Part shown: piece after piece, positions 18,514 through 26,970 of the stretch
Numbering within the stretch: the first letter of the stretch is position 1
Layout: the number at the start of each line of letters is the position of its first letter
NCBI GenBank assembly: GCA_902601475.1
Contig: CACKNK010000001.1
Span: 59,075 to 123,074 of the forward strand
Length of the DNA: 64,000 bases
From: an uncultured SAR86 cluster bacterium
Lineage (GTDB): Bacteria; Pseudomonadota; Gammaproteobacteria; Magnimaribacterales; D2472
Reading direction: 5' to 3'
Program-made: the position numbers and the translations under genes
The notes under the pieces: generated by a model
The model's database searches: none
Told to the model about the DNA's origin: nothing
What the model saw: the letters and a program-made list of their open reading frames with translations, nothing else

Positions 18514-19827
18514 TTAATAACTGATGGTTTGCTGTTTTGATACTGCGAAATTAATGCACTCATTTAATTTACTGTAGTCATTAATTCCCATCCAGAAAAT
18601 ATCCCACTCTCCTGTTTTTTGATATCCATCTGCCATGGAAAGGTAAAATTTATTGATTGGATTATTTGATTTAGAGCGCCAAAAAATCTCGGGAAATTCT
18701 TTTTTCATTTCATGAAAAATTGCGGAGCCAATTCCCTCACCTTTAGCTTCAGCAATAACACCAAATTTATCCATGTAAGGAACTTTGTATTCCATAGAAA
18801 CTGCAATTGCTGCTCGTTCGCAGGTCGTCATAAAAATTTTGTAATCGCCATCACTAAAAAAAGATTTATTTAAAATACCGTTAAATGAACTTTCTATGAT
18901 GCTAAAAAATTTTTTCTGAATGTCATGATCTTTTGATTCAAAAATATCTATGCCATGCCCACGCTTAATCAGCGTCCCTGATCCAGAGTCAGTAAATAAT
19001 TCTTTGGGCAGGTCAATAGGTTTTGTAATTGATACTGATGATGATCGAGGCAATAAATCCAATAACTCCTTAATCTGTTTTAGTTTTAATTGCATTCCTG
19101 AATGCAGCCAATCAGCATTCATCATTTCTTCATACTCTAGATCAAGGTTAATCGATTGTATTAAGGATTCATTCTTATCATAGATTCCTCCAACTTGAGA
19201 TAAAAATACAACTTTATAGGGCTTTATTTTCTCAACGAGGTTTATTGTGGCAACATCTGCATTGATATTAACCACCTCATTAGTTTCAGTAATTCCTAAC
19301 GGTGAAATCACTGGAATAAAGCCATCCTTGATAGCTTCATTAATGGGCTTAATATTTACTTTCTTAATGTCTCCGACATAACCAAGTTCTTCTGATTTTT
19401 TTTCAGATTTAAATATTTCCTCTTTAAAACCAATTGCCAATGCTCCTTGTTCGTTTAAACGTCTAACTAATAAAGAGTTAATATCACTAAAGACATTGAT
19501 TGCTACATCTCTGACTGCTTCAGATGTAACTCTTTGACCATCAATAAATGAAAAGTCAATTTTCTTTGCATCGAGTTCCTTGGAAAGCCCTGGCCCTCCC
19601 CCATGAATAATAATTGGTCTTAGTCCAACTTGATTTAAAAAAACTAGTGAAGAAATAAGATTATCAAGATCTTCATCAACAACCGCGCCGCCAACTTTTA
19701 TAACAGCAAATTGTTGTTCTGTTGAAGAGAACTTATTTATATATTTTTTGATTTCTTTTTCTGACCCAATTGCGGTCAAAAGTTTAATGATGGTATCTTT
19801 GATAAAGATATTTGAGGCTTGTGTCAT
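18514..19827 (-). CDS. argB: Bifunctional N-acetylglutamate synthase/kinase (AAK domain + C-terminal GNAT-like domain)
   Basis: An amino-acid kinase domain (FAVIKVGGAV, IIHGGGPG) is followed by a ~140-aa acetyltransferase-like domain (EAKGEGIGSAIFHEM). The 437-aa length matches the Xanthomonas-type ArgA/B. Confidence 0.75.
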   Translation of the reverse strand: MTQASNIFIKDTIIKLLTAIGSEKEIKKYINKFSSTEQQFAVIKVGGAVVDEDLDNLISSLVFLNQVGLRPIIIHGGGPGLSKELDAKKIDFSFIDGQRVTSEAVRDVAINVFSDINSLLVRRLNEQGALAIGFKEEIFKSEKKSEELGYVGDIKKVNIKPINEAIKDGFIPVISPLGITETNEVVNINADVATINLVEKIKPYKVVFLSQVGGIYDKNESLIQSINLDLEYEEMMNADWLHSGMQLKLKQIKELLDLLPRSSSVSITKPIDLPKELFTDSGSGTLIKRGHGIDIFESKDHDIQKKFFSIIESSFNGILNKSFFSDGDYKIFMTTCERAAIAVSMEYKVPYMDKFGVIAEAKGEGIGSAIFHEMKKEFPEIFWRSKSNNPINKFYLSMADGYQKTGEWDIFWMGINDYSKLNECINFAVSKQQTISY

Positions 19828-20888
19828 TTCAAAAGCCCCTTATAAATTTCAATTGATTCCTTAATCTGACTCAAATGGATAAATTCATTTGCTTGATGTG
19901 CATTTTCAATATTTCCTGGTCCTATAACGATCGCACGATAGCCGGCTTCGTTGAACAAAGATGCTTCTGTCCAAAAATTTACAGGGGATGATAATGATAA
20001 ATTTAGTTTGTGTGCGAAAGCCTTTAGATCAATATTTGATCCTTGTGCTGGCAGACTGGGACCTGAAAATCCTTGAATAAACTCCTCCTCATTGGAATCA
20101 CTTAAGCCTAACTCAGCCACTAACTCACTGATGTCCTGATTTGGCAATGGTCTTAAGCCGAGTCTCACTTCTGCAGATTCAGCAATGATATTGGGTTTGA
20201 TACCGCCGTTGATGTGACCAAGATTAAAAGCTAGGCCATGAAGGTTTTCATAAGATGTTTCTGTATGATCTTCAGCAACTTTTAATGCTTTTTCTGACCA
20301 ATGAATCAGCTTATGGATAGCACTGTCTTGAAGGCCTCGTTTCTCTGAACTATGTCCAGCTTTACCCTTAAATTTTTTTGTACCGGTAAAAATTCCTCTG
20401 TGGCATGTAACCGCGAGATTGTTAGTTGGCTCTGCGACTATAATGCCTTCGTAAGAATGATCTGTTTCTAAGAACTTCTTGATGCAGGTACTATTGCCTG
20501 CTTCCTCGTCGGTGTTAAATAAAATCGCATACTCAGAATCATAGGATTCAATCAATGACAGAAGTGCTGCTGCAGCTCCTTTGATATCACATGCTCCGAG
20601 TCCATAAATAACATCATTTTCTGTGTGTAATTTAAAAGGATCTGTTTTCCAACCATCTCCTGCTGGAACGGTATCTAAATGAACATTAATTAAATGCTTA
20701 GGATTGCCTTGCTGTATTAAGCAATTATAAGAACCATTACCATGATCAGTGATGGATAAATTGTGACCAGCAATGGATTCCAAATAATCTAATAATCCGG
20801 ATTCTGAAATTGCCCTTGGAGGATTTGAGGTATCAAATGTAACCAATTGTTCAAGATGATTGATAGCTGAATTAAATAGATCTTCCAT
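19824..20888 (-). CDS. argE: ArgE-type M20 deacylase (acetylornithine / acetylcitrulline deacetylase)
   Basis: M20 metal-ligand blocks (NVHLDTVP, GACDIKG, NTDEEAG) and its position in the arg cluster. Confidence 0.75.
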   Translation of the reverse strand: MEDLFNSAINHLEQLVTFDTSNPPRAISESGLLDYLESIAGHNLSITDHGNGSYNCLIQQGNPKHLINVHLDTVPAGDGWKTDPFKLHTENDVIYGLGACDIKGAAAALLSLIESYDSEYAILFNTDEEAGNSTCIKKFLETDHSYEGIIVAEPTNNLAVTCHRGIFTGTKKFKGKAGHSSEKRGLQDSAIHKLIHWSEKALKVAEDHTETSYENLHGLAFNLGHINGGIKPNIIAESAEVRLGLRPLPNQDISELVAELGLSDSNEEEFIQGFSGPSLPAQGSNIDLKAFAHKLNLSLSSPVNFWTEASLFNEAGYRAIVIGPGNIENAHQANEFIHLSQIKESIEIYKGLLK

Positions 20889-20891
20889 AAC

Positions 20892-22091
20892 TTATTTATG
20901 AAGTTTTGCCCAAGTAGAAGTACTTTGACCTAAAAGTTTAATGAATCCCTTAGATTCATCATCTGACCATTTAGCTGACTGAGCATAAGATCCTTCTGCA
21001 CTAATAAGTACATTTTTTGAATCAACTGCAATTGCTTCGGCTTTACCAGGCTCCAGTTGAATAGTTACATCTCCGGTGACTTTTATTTGCGATGAGTTTA
21101 GGTATGCTTCAAGATCTTCTCGCTGCGGATCAAAAAAGAAACCGCGATAGACAAGGTTTACCCATTCTTGACCAACCATTGACTTAAAGTGATTCTGTTT
21201 ATCCGTAAGAACACTTTCCTCTAGAGCTCTGTGCGCATTCATTAAAATAGAAATTCCTGGCGCTTCAAAGACAAATCTGCCCTTTAATCCTATGATGGTA
21301 TCGCTGGCAAAAACGCTCCTTCCAATGCCGTATTTACCCCCTATTTTATTTAGGTAGCGTAGCAACTCTGGTCCTTTTACTTTTGTACCGTTAATGGCGA
21401 CAGGCTTTCCTTTATCAAATCTAAATGAAATCTTTTTCGTTCTCTTAGGATAATCTTCAGGTAAGTTACATAAGACATAACTCTCTGCTTTTGGAGCCTT
21501 CCAGACATCAATCTCTGATCCAGAAATAGTTGCTCCCATTAGATTTTCATTGATGCTGTATTTCTTATGTAGGCTTGAGACGCTAATCCCTCTTTGCTTC
21601 AGATAATTAATTTCATAGTCCCTGACATTATCAGTAATATTTTGAATATCTCTGATTGGAGTAATGATATTGAATGAGCCTAAGGCATTAATGGAGGTAT
21701 CAAACCTTACCTGATCATTTCCCATACCAGTGCACCCATGAGCAATATATTTAGTATTAACCTTTTTACATAATTTGATGGACTCACTTACTATCAAATA
21801 TCTGTCCGAACATAGAACAGGATATCTATTTTGGTAAAGTGCACCCGAAAAGATTAACGGAACCAAAACTTGATCCCAAAGCTTAGTTTCAACATTTACA
21901 TTCTTGTGCTTTTTGGCACCAAGTTGAATTGCTCTGTTAGATAGATGTTTTTCCTCACTGATCGAAATACCGCCGGTATTGACAAATAAGGTATGCACTT
22001 CATAACCTTGCTCAATAAGGTAAGGGATACAGAAACTCGTATCTAAGCCTCCTGAAAATGCTAAAACTATTTTTTTCATAGATTTCCTCAT
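20892..22091 (-). CDS. argG: Argininosuccinate synthase
   Basis: ATP-pyrophosphatase P-loop AFSGGLDTS, followed by HGCTGMGNDQVRF. Confidence 0.9.
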   Translation of the reverse strand: MRKSMKKIVLAFSGGLDTSFCIPYLIEQGYEVHTLFVNTGGISISEEKHLSNRAIQLGAKKHKNVNVETKLWDQVLVPLIFSGALYQNRYPVLCSDRYLIVSESIKLCKKVNTKYIAHGCTGMGNDQVRFDTSINALGSFNIITPIRDIQNITDNVRDYEINYLKQRGISVSSLHKKYSINENLMGATISGSEIDVWKAPKAESYVLCNLPEDYPKRTKKISFRFDKGKPVAINGTKVKGPELLRYLNKIGGKYGIGRSVFASDTIIGLKGRFVFEAPGISILMNAHRALEESVLTDKQNHFKSMVGQEWVNLVYRGFFFDPQREDLEAYLNSSQIKVTGDVTIQLEPGKAEAIAVDSKNVLISAEGSYAQSAKWSDDESKGFIKLLGQSTSTWAKLHK

Positions 22092-23089
22092 AAGATTTTT
22101 GTTAAAAGTGACTTTTGCACATGTTTTCTATTCGCAGCCTCTTGGATGGCTACGCAATTAGGAGAATCCATGACTTCATCTGTTGCCTTTACATTTCTTC
22201 TTAAAGGCAGGCAGTGGCTAAAAAGAGCATTATTGGTTAACTCCATTTTTTCTTCATCTACGATAAAGTGTTTAAAGTTTTTTCTAACCTTAAATTCATC
22301 TTTTGGATTTCCATAAAAATTTAGAGACCCCCAGCTTTTTGCATAAACAATATTTGCTCCATCATAGCCAGCATTAATATCATGAGTAATTTCAAAGCTT
22401 TTATTATTTTTGCTGCAGGCCTCTTGAGCATAATCAAGATATCGTCTATCCAACAAATAATCCTCAGAAGGACAAAGAAGCTTCACATTCATTCCAAACT
22501 TGCTTGCAATTAGAAGGCTAGAATTTGCTACAGCAGTATTTAATGGTTTGGGGTGATATGTCCAGGTGAGCAAATAATCTTTTCCCTCAAGAGATCCTAA
22601 CGTTTCCTGTAAAGTCATCAAGTGTGCCAATTCCTGACAAGGATGCTCAATGGTTTCCATATTAATTACTGGAACAGATGCATATTTTGCAAAACTTTTA
22701 ATTACGTGATCAGTCCTGTCAATATTCCAGTCTACAAACTTTGGAAAAGCTCTGATGGCAATACAATCACAGTATTCAGAAAGGACTTGTGCAACTTCTT
22801 TGACATACTCCTCAGGGTCTTGATCCATAATGACTCCGTCTTCAAACTCAATAGGCCAAGCATCCTTACCAGGTTGTAAAATAATGGCAGTGCCAGATAG
22901 CTCGCTAATACCCACTTCAAAACTTGTCCTAGTTCTAAGTGATGGGTTAAAAAATAACATAGCAACTGATTTATTCTGAAGGGATGCTTGAAAAGGTGAA
23001 GCCTTAAGTTTTACAGCTTCATCAATAATTGCTTGCAAGTCATCCTTGGTCCAGTCATAAGTTGAAATAAAATGTCTAATATCATCCAT
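22088..23089 (-). CDS. argF: N-acetylornithine carbamoyltransferase (ArgF'-type)
   Basis: There is a block-by-block match to the remembered X. campestris AOTCase: FFNPSLRTRTSFE, GKDAWPIEF, AFPKFVDW, PVINMETIEHPCQELAH, TWTYHPKPLNTAVANS, SHCLPLRRNVKATD, SPNCVAIQEAANRKHVQK. Start set at the ATG at 23089 (MDDIRHFISTYDW, versus MSLKHFLNTQDW). The track start at 23122 lies inside a hairpin. Confidence 0.8.
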   Translation of the reverse strand: MDDIRHFISTYDWTKDDLQAIIDEAVKLKASPFQASLQNKSVAMLFFNPSLRTRTSFEVGISELSGTAIILQPGKDAWPIEFEDGVIMDQDPEEYVKEVAQVLSEYCDCIAIRAFPKFVDWNIDRTDHVIKSFAKYASVPVINMETIEHPCQELAHLMTLQETLGSLEGKDYLLTWTYHPKPLNTAVANSSLLIASKFGMNVKLLCPSEDYLLDRRYLDYAQEACSKNNKSFEITHDINAGYDGANIVYAKSWGSLNFYGNPKDEFKVRKNFKHFIVDEEKMELTNNALFSHCLPLRRNVKATDEVMDSPNCVAIQEAANRKHVQKSLLTKIL

Positions 23090-23102
23090 ATCTTTGTACC
23101 CT

Positions 23103-23134
23103 AAAAGCAAAAAACCCAGCATAAGCTGGGTTTT
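23103..23134 (-). terminator. Intrinsic terminator hairpin 14 nt upstream of the argF' start (candidate attenuator)
   Basis: Minus-strand RNA reads AAAACCCAGC-UUAU-GCUGGGUUUU, followed by UUGCUUUU. This is a 10-bp stem, a tetraloop and a U-rich tail. Confidence 0.6.
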
Positions 23135-23155
23135 CTAACAAAAAAATTAGCCCAG

Positions 23156-23200
23156 CTAAATTAACTGACCCCGAAGATTTTTGTTATTTTGTGAACTCAT
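23156..23200 (-). promoter_or_regulatory. Candidate 14-codon leader peptide (MSSQNNKNLRGQLI) and antiterminator arm
   Basis: The ATG at 23200 lies ~7 nt downstream of a TTTACA-16-TATCAT promoter-like pair (23235-23208). There is one CGG Arg codon (23173-23171). The UAG stop (23158-23156) overlaps AGCUGGG, which can pair with the 5' arm of the terminator. Confidence 0.3.
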
Positions 23201-23274
23201 TGTTTAGATGATAGTTATTTTTTTTGATATGTAAACAGCTAATCAAAAAGAATTCTTTTGCATAAAGCAACTAT

Positions 23275-23359
23275 TGGTAGGGATGGAGGGAGTCGAACCC
23301 CCACGCCTTGCGGCACTTGGTTCTAAGCCAAGCGTGTCTACCAGTTCCACCACATCCCC
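23275..23359 (-). tRNA. tRNA-Leu (anticodon TAG), class II with long variable arm
   Basis: The reverse complement reads GGGGATG/TG/GTG-GAACTGGTAGA-CAC/G/CTTGG-CTTAGAA-CCAAG/TGCCGCAAGGCGT/GGGGG-TTCGACT-CCCTC/CATCCCT/A/CCA (85 nt). It parallels the remembered E. coli tRNA-Leu. The G1-U72 pair is a wobble. Confidence 0.9.
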
Positions 23360-23422
23360 AAAACTGAAGGAGAATTATATTATAAAAACGAATAAGTACT
23401 AGAGAGAATTCAATCTTATGAT

Positions 23423-23635
23423 CTAAAAGATTCCCAAAACAAATAAAGATATGATGAAAGCGATCACACCAATGATCAGCCAAAAATATAATTCTTTTTC
23501 ATTGTTATATCGATAAGCATTCATTGCAAAGCCAAAGCAGATGATTGGACCCAAAATAAGAAAACCCCATCCAATTACCAACATAATTGGGATGACTGCT
23601 AACAATAGAAATATTTGCAGTAAAACTCTGTTCAT
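23423..23635 (-). CDS. Small (70 aa) membrane protein, unknown function
   Basis: Three hydrophobic helices. It lies 19 nt downstream of the DUF3604 gene and is the last ORF of the long array. Confidence 0.35.
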   Translation of the reverse strand: MNRVLLQIFLLLAVIPIMLVIGWGFLILGPIICFGFAMNAYRYNNEKELYFWLIIGVIAFIISLFVLGIF

Positions 23636-23654
23636 ACTTTTATATTATCAGAAA

Positions 23655-25403
23655 TTAGTTTTGATCAATCCAAATTGGTGAAGTCCAAGCCCTTTCTTGA
23701 ATCGATTTTGGAAACTGACTGTGGTCTTCACAAAAATCAGGATTTTGATTACAGAGTTCATGTGACCATCTACAGGTTGGTGCAGATATTACTCTTAAAT
23801 AGTAATAGGCATCTTCATCTTCTTCGAAATTCTTATCTTCCCAAACCGAACAATAATTTTTCTTCTTTATACCGCTCACCATGCATGAAGTTTCATCCAA
23901 TTGATATGAATCAGATAGGTCAAGCACCTCGATAACTTCAGATTGAAGAGTTTGATCTCCATAAGAAGATTTGATGATCTGGATGCTAGAAATATATTGA
24001 TTATCATCACTTTGATCAGCCAAAGCAGAGATTAAAAAACTTGGTTTTGAGTTAATTTTATTAAGTGTACCGCCCATTGGAACACCATTTTGGTAAGCAG
24101 ATGAGATGGCATTTTCTAGCTTACATGAGTCCTCATGTATTTCTTCACCGCCAAAAAATCTAATAATATACCTCGGCCCTGATGTGGCATAGGCTTCTTT
24201 TGACTTTAATGACTGGAAAATATTCTTTCGAGAATTATTTGTAGCCCAAACAACTGCTAAACCACCTGGATTAAACTCGATATCATCGGGCAGTCCTTTC
24301 GGCAACTTTTTGCTGAGGGATTTTCCTGCTCCACCGTGTCCGGGCATAGAAACTTCATCTGTTGCACCTGGAATAGCGAGATGAGTATCAGTGCTGGCTA
24401 TGAATCCAAACCTAAAAGGGTTTGCAATATCATTTTTTAGTTCAAGACCTCGATTCAAGCCATACCTTGCAAAACTTTCTTTAGGTATTTCCTTGTCACC
24501 TCCAGTAAATTTAGCAGCAAAGTCTGTATATTCTAGTAGTTCAAAATCACAATAAGGATCATCTTCATCGAGGCACTCAGAGGCACCCTTATGCTGAAAT
24601 ATTTCTATTAATGGTTCTCGATCTACTATTCGTTGATAATCCTCAGCATTAGGATCTTCAAACATCAATCCATTAGATAGGTTTGAATTGTGAGGAATAA
24701 CAACATACTCACAATCTTTAGTACATTCATTATCAAGTTTATTCCACAGCTCTTCTCTTGAGGTTGCATCATAAAAGCTTACAGGTAGTTCAGGCACAGA
24801 GCTGTTTTCAAAAATTATGTTTCTATGGAGATTATTTCCAGAGTATTTTGCTCCCGTCCATTCATAACCTATGAAGGTAGTAAACTTGCATGGGGCATTA
24901 TGCTTATCAGCACTTTTTATGATTTCTTGCCATGGAGTTCTAGTAGCTTCTTTGCAATTTTTTCTATCATCCCCACAAAAGCTTATGGGTTTGGCAAGGC
25001 TTGCCATTCCATTCATGTAGAAATAAGCAAGCTTTGGAAAATACCTATAGCCCAAGCAAACTAAATTTGAATACCCATCTAATTCCGGACTCTCACAAAT
25101 ATTTACCTCTCCTAGTAATTCAGCATGGTCAGTAACAGACATAAAATCTAATGGCTGAGATAGTTTAGAAGTTCTTTGACCAATCCCATCCTTGTAAGGT
25201 TGAATTAAAATTGATTCCCCTTTGCCATATCTATATGCATCATCTGGCCTGTTAATTGTGCCTTGGGTCGCAGCGTCTAATGATAGTGCAGTATGAACAT
25301 GCAAATCACCAAATAAAGGAATTTTATCTGGATAGTTTTCTTCGCAAATTTCAGCAAATAAACTAATTGAAATGATGCAATAAAAAAAAAGATATTTTCG
25401 CAT
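23655..25403 (-). CDS. Secreted DUF3604 family protein (PHP-like metal-dependent hydrolase fold)
   Basis: Signal peptide, then FGDLHVHTALSLDA. Further His/Asp blocks follow (MSVTDHAE, IGYEWTG, VIPHNSNLSNG, ASTDTH), as remembered for DUF3604. Confidence 0.55.
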   Translation of the reverse strand: MRKYLFFYCIISISLFAEICEENYPDKIPLFGDLHVHTALSLDAATQGTINRPDDAYRYGKGESILIQPYKDGIGQRTSKLSQPLDFMSVTDHAELLGEVNICESPELDGYSNLVCLGYRYFPKLAYFYMNGMASLAKPISFCGDDRKNCKEATRTPWQEIIKSADKHNAPCKFTTFIGYEWTGAKYSGNNLHRNIIFENSSVPELPVSFYDATSREELWNKLDNECTKDCEYVVIPHNSNLSNGLMFEDPNAEDYQRIVDREPLIEIFQHKGASECLDEDDPYCDFELLEYTDFAAKFTGGDKEIPKESFARYGLNRGLELKNDIANPFRFGFIASTDTHLAIPGATDEVSMPGHGGAGKSLSKKLPKGLPDDIEFNPGGLAVVWATNNSRKNIFQSLKSKEAYATSGPRYIIRFFGGEEIHEDSCKLENAISSAYQNGVPMGGTLNKINSKPSFLISALADQSDDNQYISSIQIIKSSYGDQTLQSEVIEVLDLSDSYQLDETSCMVSGIKKKNYCSVWEDKNFEEDEDAYYYLRVISAPTCRWSHELCNQNPDFCEDHSQFPKSIQERAWTSPIWIDQN

Positions 25404-25414
25404 CTGTGAATTAA

Positions 25415-26203
25415 TTAATTTCCTTTGGGAGGTGTTAGAAATTCTTCAAATTGCTTCTGCAACCTTTGCATACCTTCTATCCAACGATCTCGATCATTCC
25501 CTTTACGTTTGACATACTCTAATACCTCTTGATGAGGAGTTACTAAGAAAACTTCGTCTTCAATGGCTTGCAAAACATCCGTAGCTACTTTCTCAGGCTC
25601 CAACATACCATCTACACCGGCAACTCCTGCTCCACCTGCAGTCATGGCAGTTCTCACTGCCTGAGGGCAAAGACAGGAAACGCCGATACCTTTTTCTCCG
25701 TAAGTAATTTTTACCCATTCGGCAAAACTTACAGCTGCTGCTTTTGTAACAGTATAAGGAGCGGCTCCAAGTGTAGTCAGTAGGCCAGCTGCTGAGGCAG
25801 TATTCATAAGATAACCCTCTCCTCTTTCCAGCATTTGAGGCAGCACTGCTTTAGCTGCGTAAACATGCGCCATGACATTTATTTCCCAAATTGATTGCCA
25901 CCTTTCTGAAGATGTTTCCAATAAGCCTACCTCTCCCATAATGCCTGCATTGGAGCAAAAAATATCTATTCCTTCCATCCAATCTGTGCTCTCTTTAACC
26001 AAACCATGAATTTCATGTTCATCACCAACATTACATTTAATTGCGAGGCCTTTTATTGAATCTGCAGTATTTTGTGCTTCTTCAAAATTTAAATCTGCGC
26101 AAACTACTTGACTGGCGCCTTTATCATTAAAAGCATGAGCTAATGCTCTACCTATGCCACTTGCAGCGCCTGTAACCACTACTCTTTTACCTTCGATCTT
26201 CAT
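25415..26203 (-). CDS. SDR family oxidoreductase
   Basis: VTGAASGIGRA, NAG and YTVTKAA motifs. Confidence 0.8.
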   Translation of the reverse strand: MKIEGKRVVVTGAASGIGRALAHAFNDKGASQVVCADLNFEEAQNTADSIKGLAIKCNVGDEHEIHGLVKESTDWMEGIDIFCSNAGIMGEVGLLETSSERWQSIWEINVMAHVYAAKAVLPQMLERGEGYLMNTASAAGLLTTLGAAPYTVTKAAAVSFAEWVKITYGEKGIGVSCLCPQAVRTAMTAGGAGVAGVDGMLEPEKVATDVLQAIEDEVFLVTPHQEVLEYVKRKGNDRDRWIEGMQRLQKQFEEFLTPPKGN

Positions 26204-26469
26204 AATGTTTTAGATTTGTCATAGTCAAAAGTTTGATTGTCATTTGACTGATTGCTTTTATTGAGAGATATATCGTATCCATCAACCTGATTAATTTCTT
26301 TAATTCCGTCGATGTGCATCTTCTTTGATTTAAATTCATATCTGGACATGAGTTGTTTTTTTGCAGACTTTGGATCAGAAGCAACCACAAAATAATTGGT
26401 ATGGAATTCATATATACCCTCGCCTAATGCTGGATCATAAAATCCAACATGGATCATAAATAATTTCAT
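26200..26469 (-). CDS. DUF1543 domain protein
   Basis: MKLFMIHVGFY...EFHTNYFVVASDPKSAKK...MHIDGIKEINQVDGY resembles the remembered DUF1543 pattern (KLYMV.LG...E.HD..FVV......HLD....V.GVDGY). Confidence 0.5.
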   Translation of the reverse strand: MKLFMIHVGFYDPALGEGIYEFHTNYFVVASDPKSAKKQLMSRYEFKSKKMHIDGIKEINQVDGYDISLNKSNQSNDNQTFDYDKSKTL

Positions 26470-26482
26470 TTTAATTAATTTC

Positions 26483-26968
26483 CTAAGTTTCTCTTTTCAA
26501 CCATTGAACTTGCCATAAATATGAAAAAATAAAAATTACAAAAAATAAGATATAAAAGCTAACCACCAGTGGATCATCAAGACTGGTTGCAAAGGGATCA
26601 CCAACGGGAAGTCTTCTAAGCGTATCTGTGATAGCAGGAATCATATGAAATAAGAGAGTTGATGTATAACAAAACGTAAAAAAATATTTTGAAAGTGAAC
26701 CCAGCATGTAAGTTTTTTCGACTATGGTGCCAGCTATCAAAGCAAGCAAAGTTAGGATGGCAAGAACGTGTGCGATCCTAAAGCCGCCCTGATTGTAAAT
26801 AGCTAATGCTGTTGAAGCAGTAATTAATGTGAGAAGTAAGTATATTTTCGCTGCGCGCTCAGAAAAGGAAATAACTTTATATTTATTTAATGCGTAAGCA
26901 CCGATCAAAATAGCAGCAATTCCGCACCCTGTATGTATCCATCCAAGAAAAGTTATTGGTGGCAACAT
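26483..26968 (-). CDS. Integral membrane protein, unknown function
   Basis: Five hydrophobic segments and no recognisable motif. Confidence 0.4.
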   Translation of the reverse strand: MLPPITFLGWIHTGCGIAAILIGAYALNKYKVISFSERAAKIYLLLTLITASTALAIYNQGGFRIAHVLAILTLLALIAGTIVEKTYMLGSLSKYFFTFCYTSTLLFHMIPAITDTLRRLPVGDPFATSLDDPLVVSFYILFFVIFIFSYLWQVQWLKRET

Positions 26969-26970
26969 TC

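Noticed and set aside
23246-23259. 14-nt perfect palindrome AAAAGAATTCTTTT between tRNA-Leu and the arg leader, considered as an ArgR operator (ARG box)
   Set aside because: It does not fit the ARG-box half-site spacing (TGAAT-N4/5-ATTCA). It is almost pure A/T, so chance palindromes are likely. It could equally be a weak 3' structure of the tRNA transcript. It remains possible but unsupported.
23271-23483. 70-aa ORF in the track overlapping 23275-23359
   Set aside because: It is spurious, because it is laid over the tRNA-Leu(TAG) gene. The ORF at 5007-5195, which lies over the terminator and promoter region next to tRNA-Val, is spurious for a similar reason.
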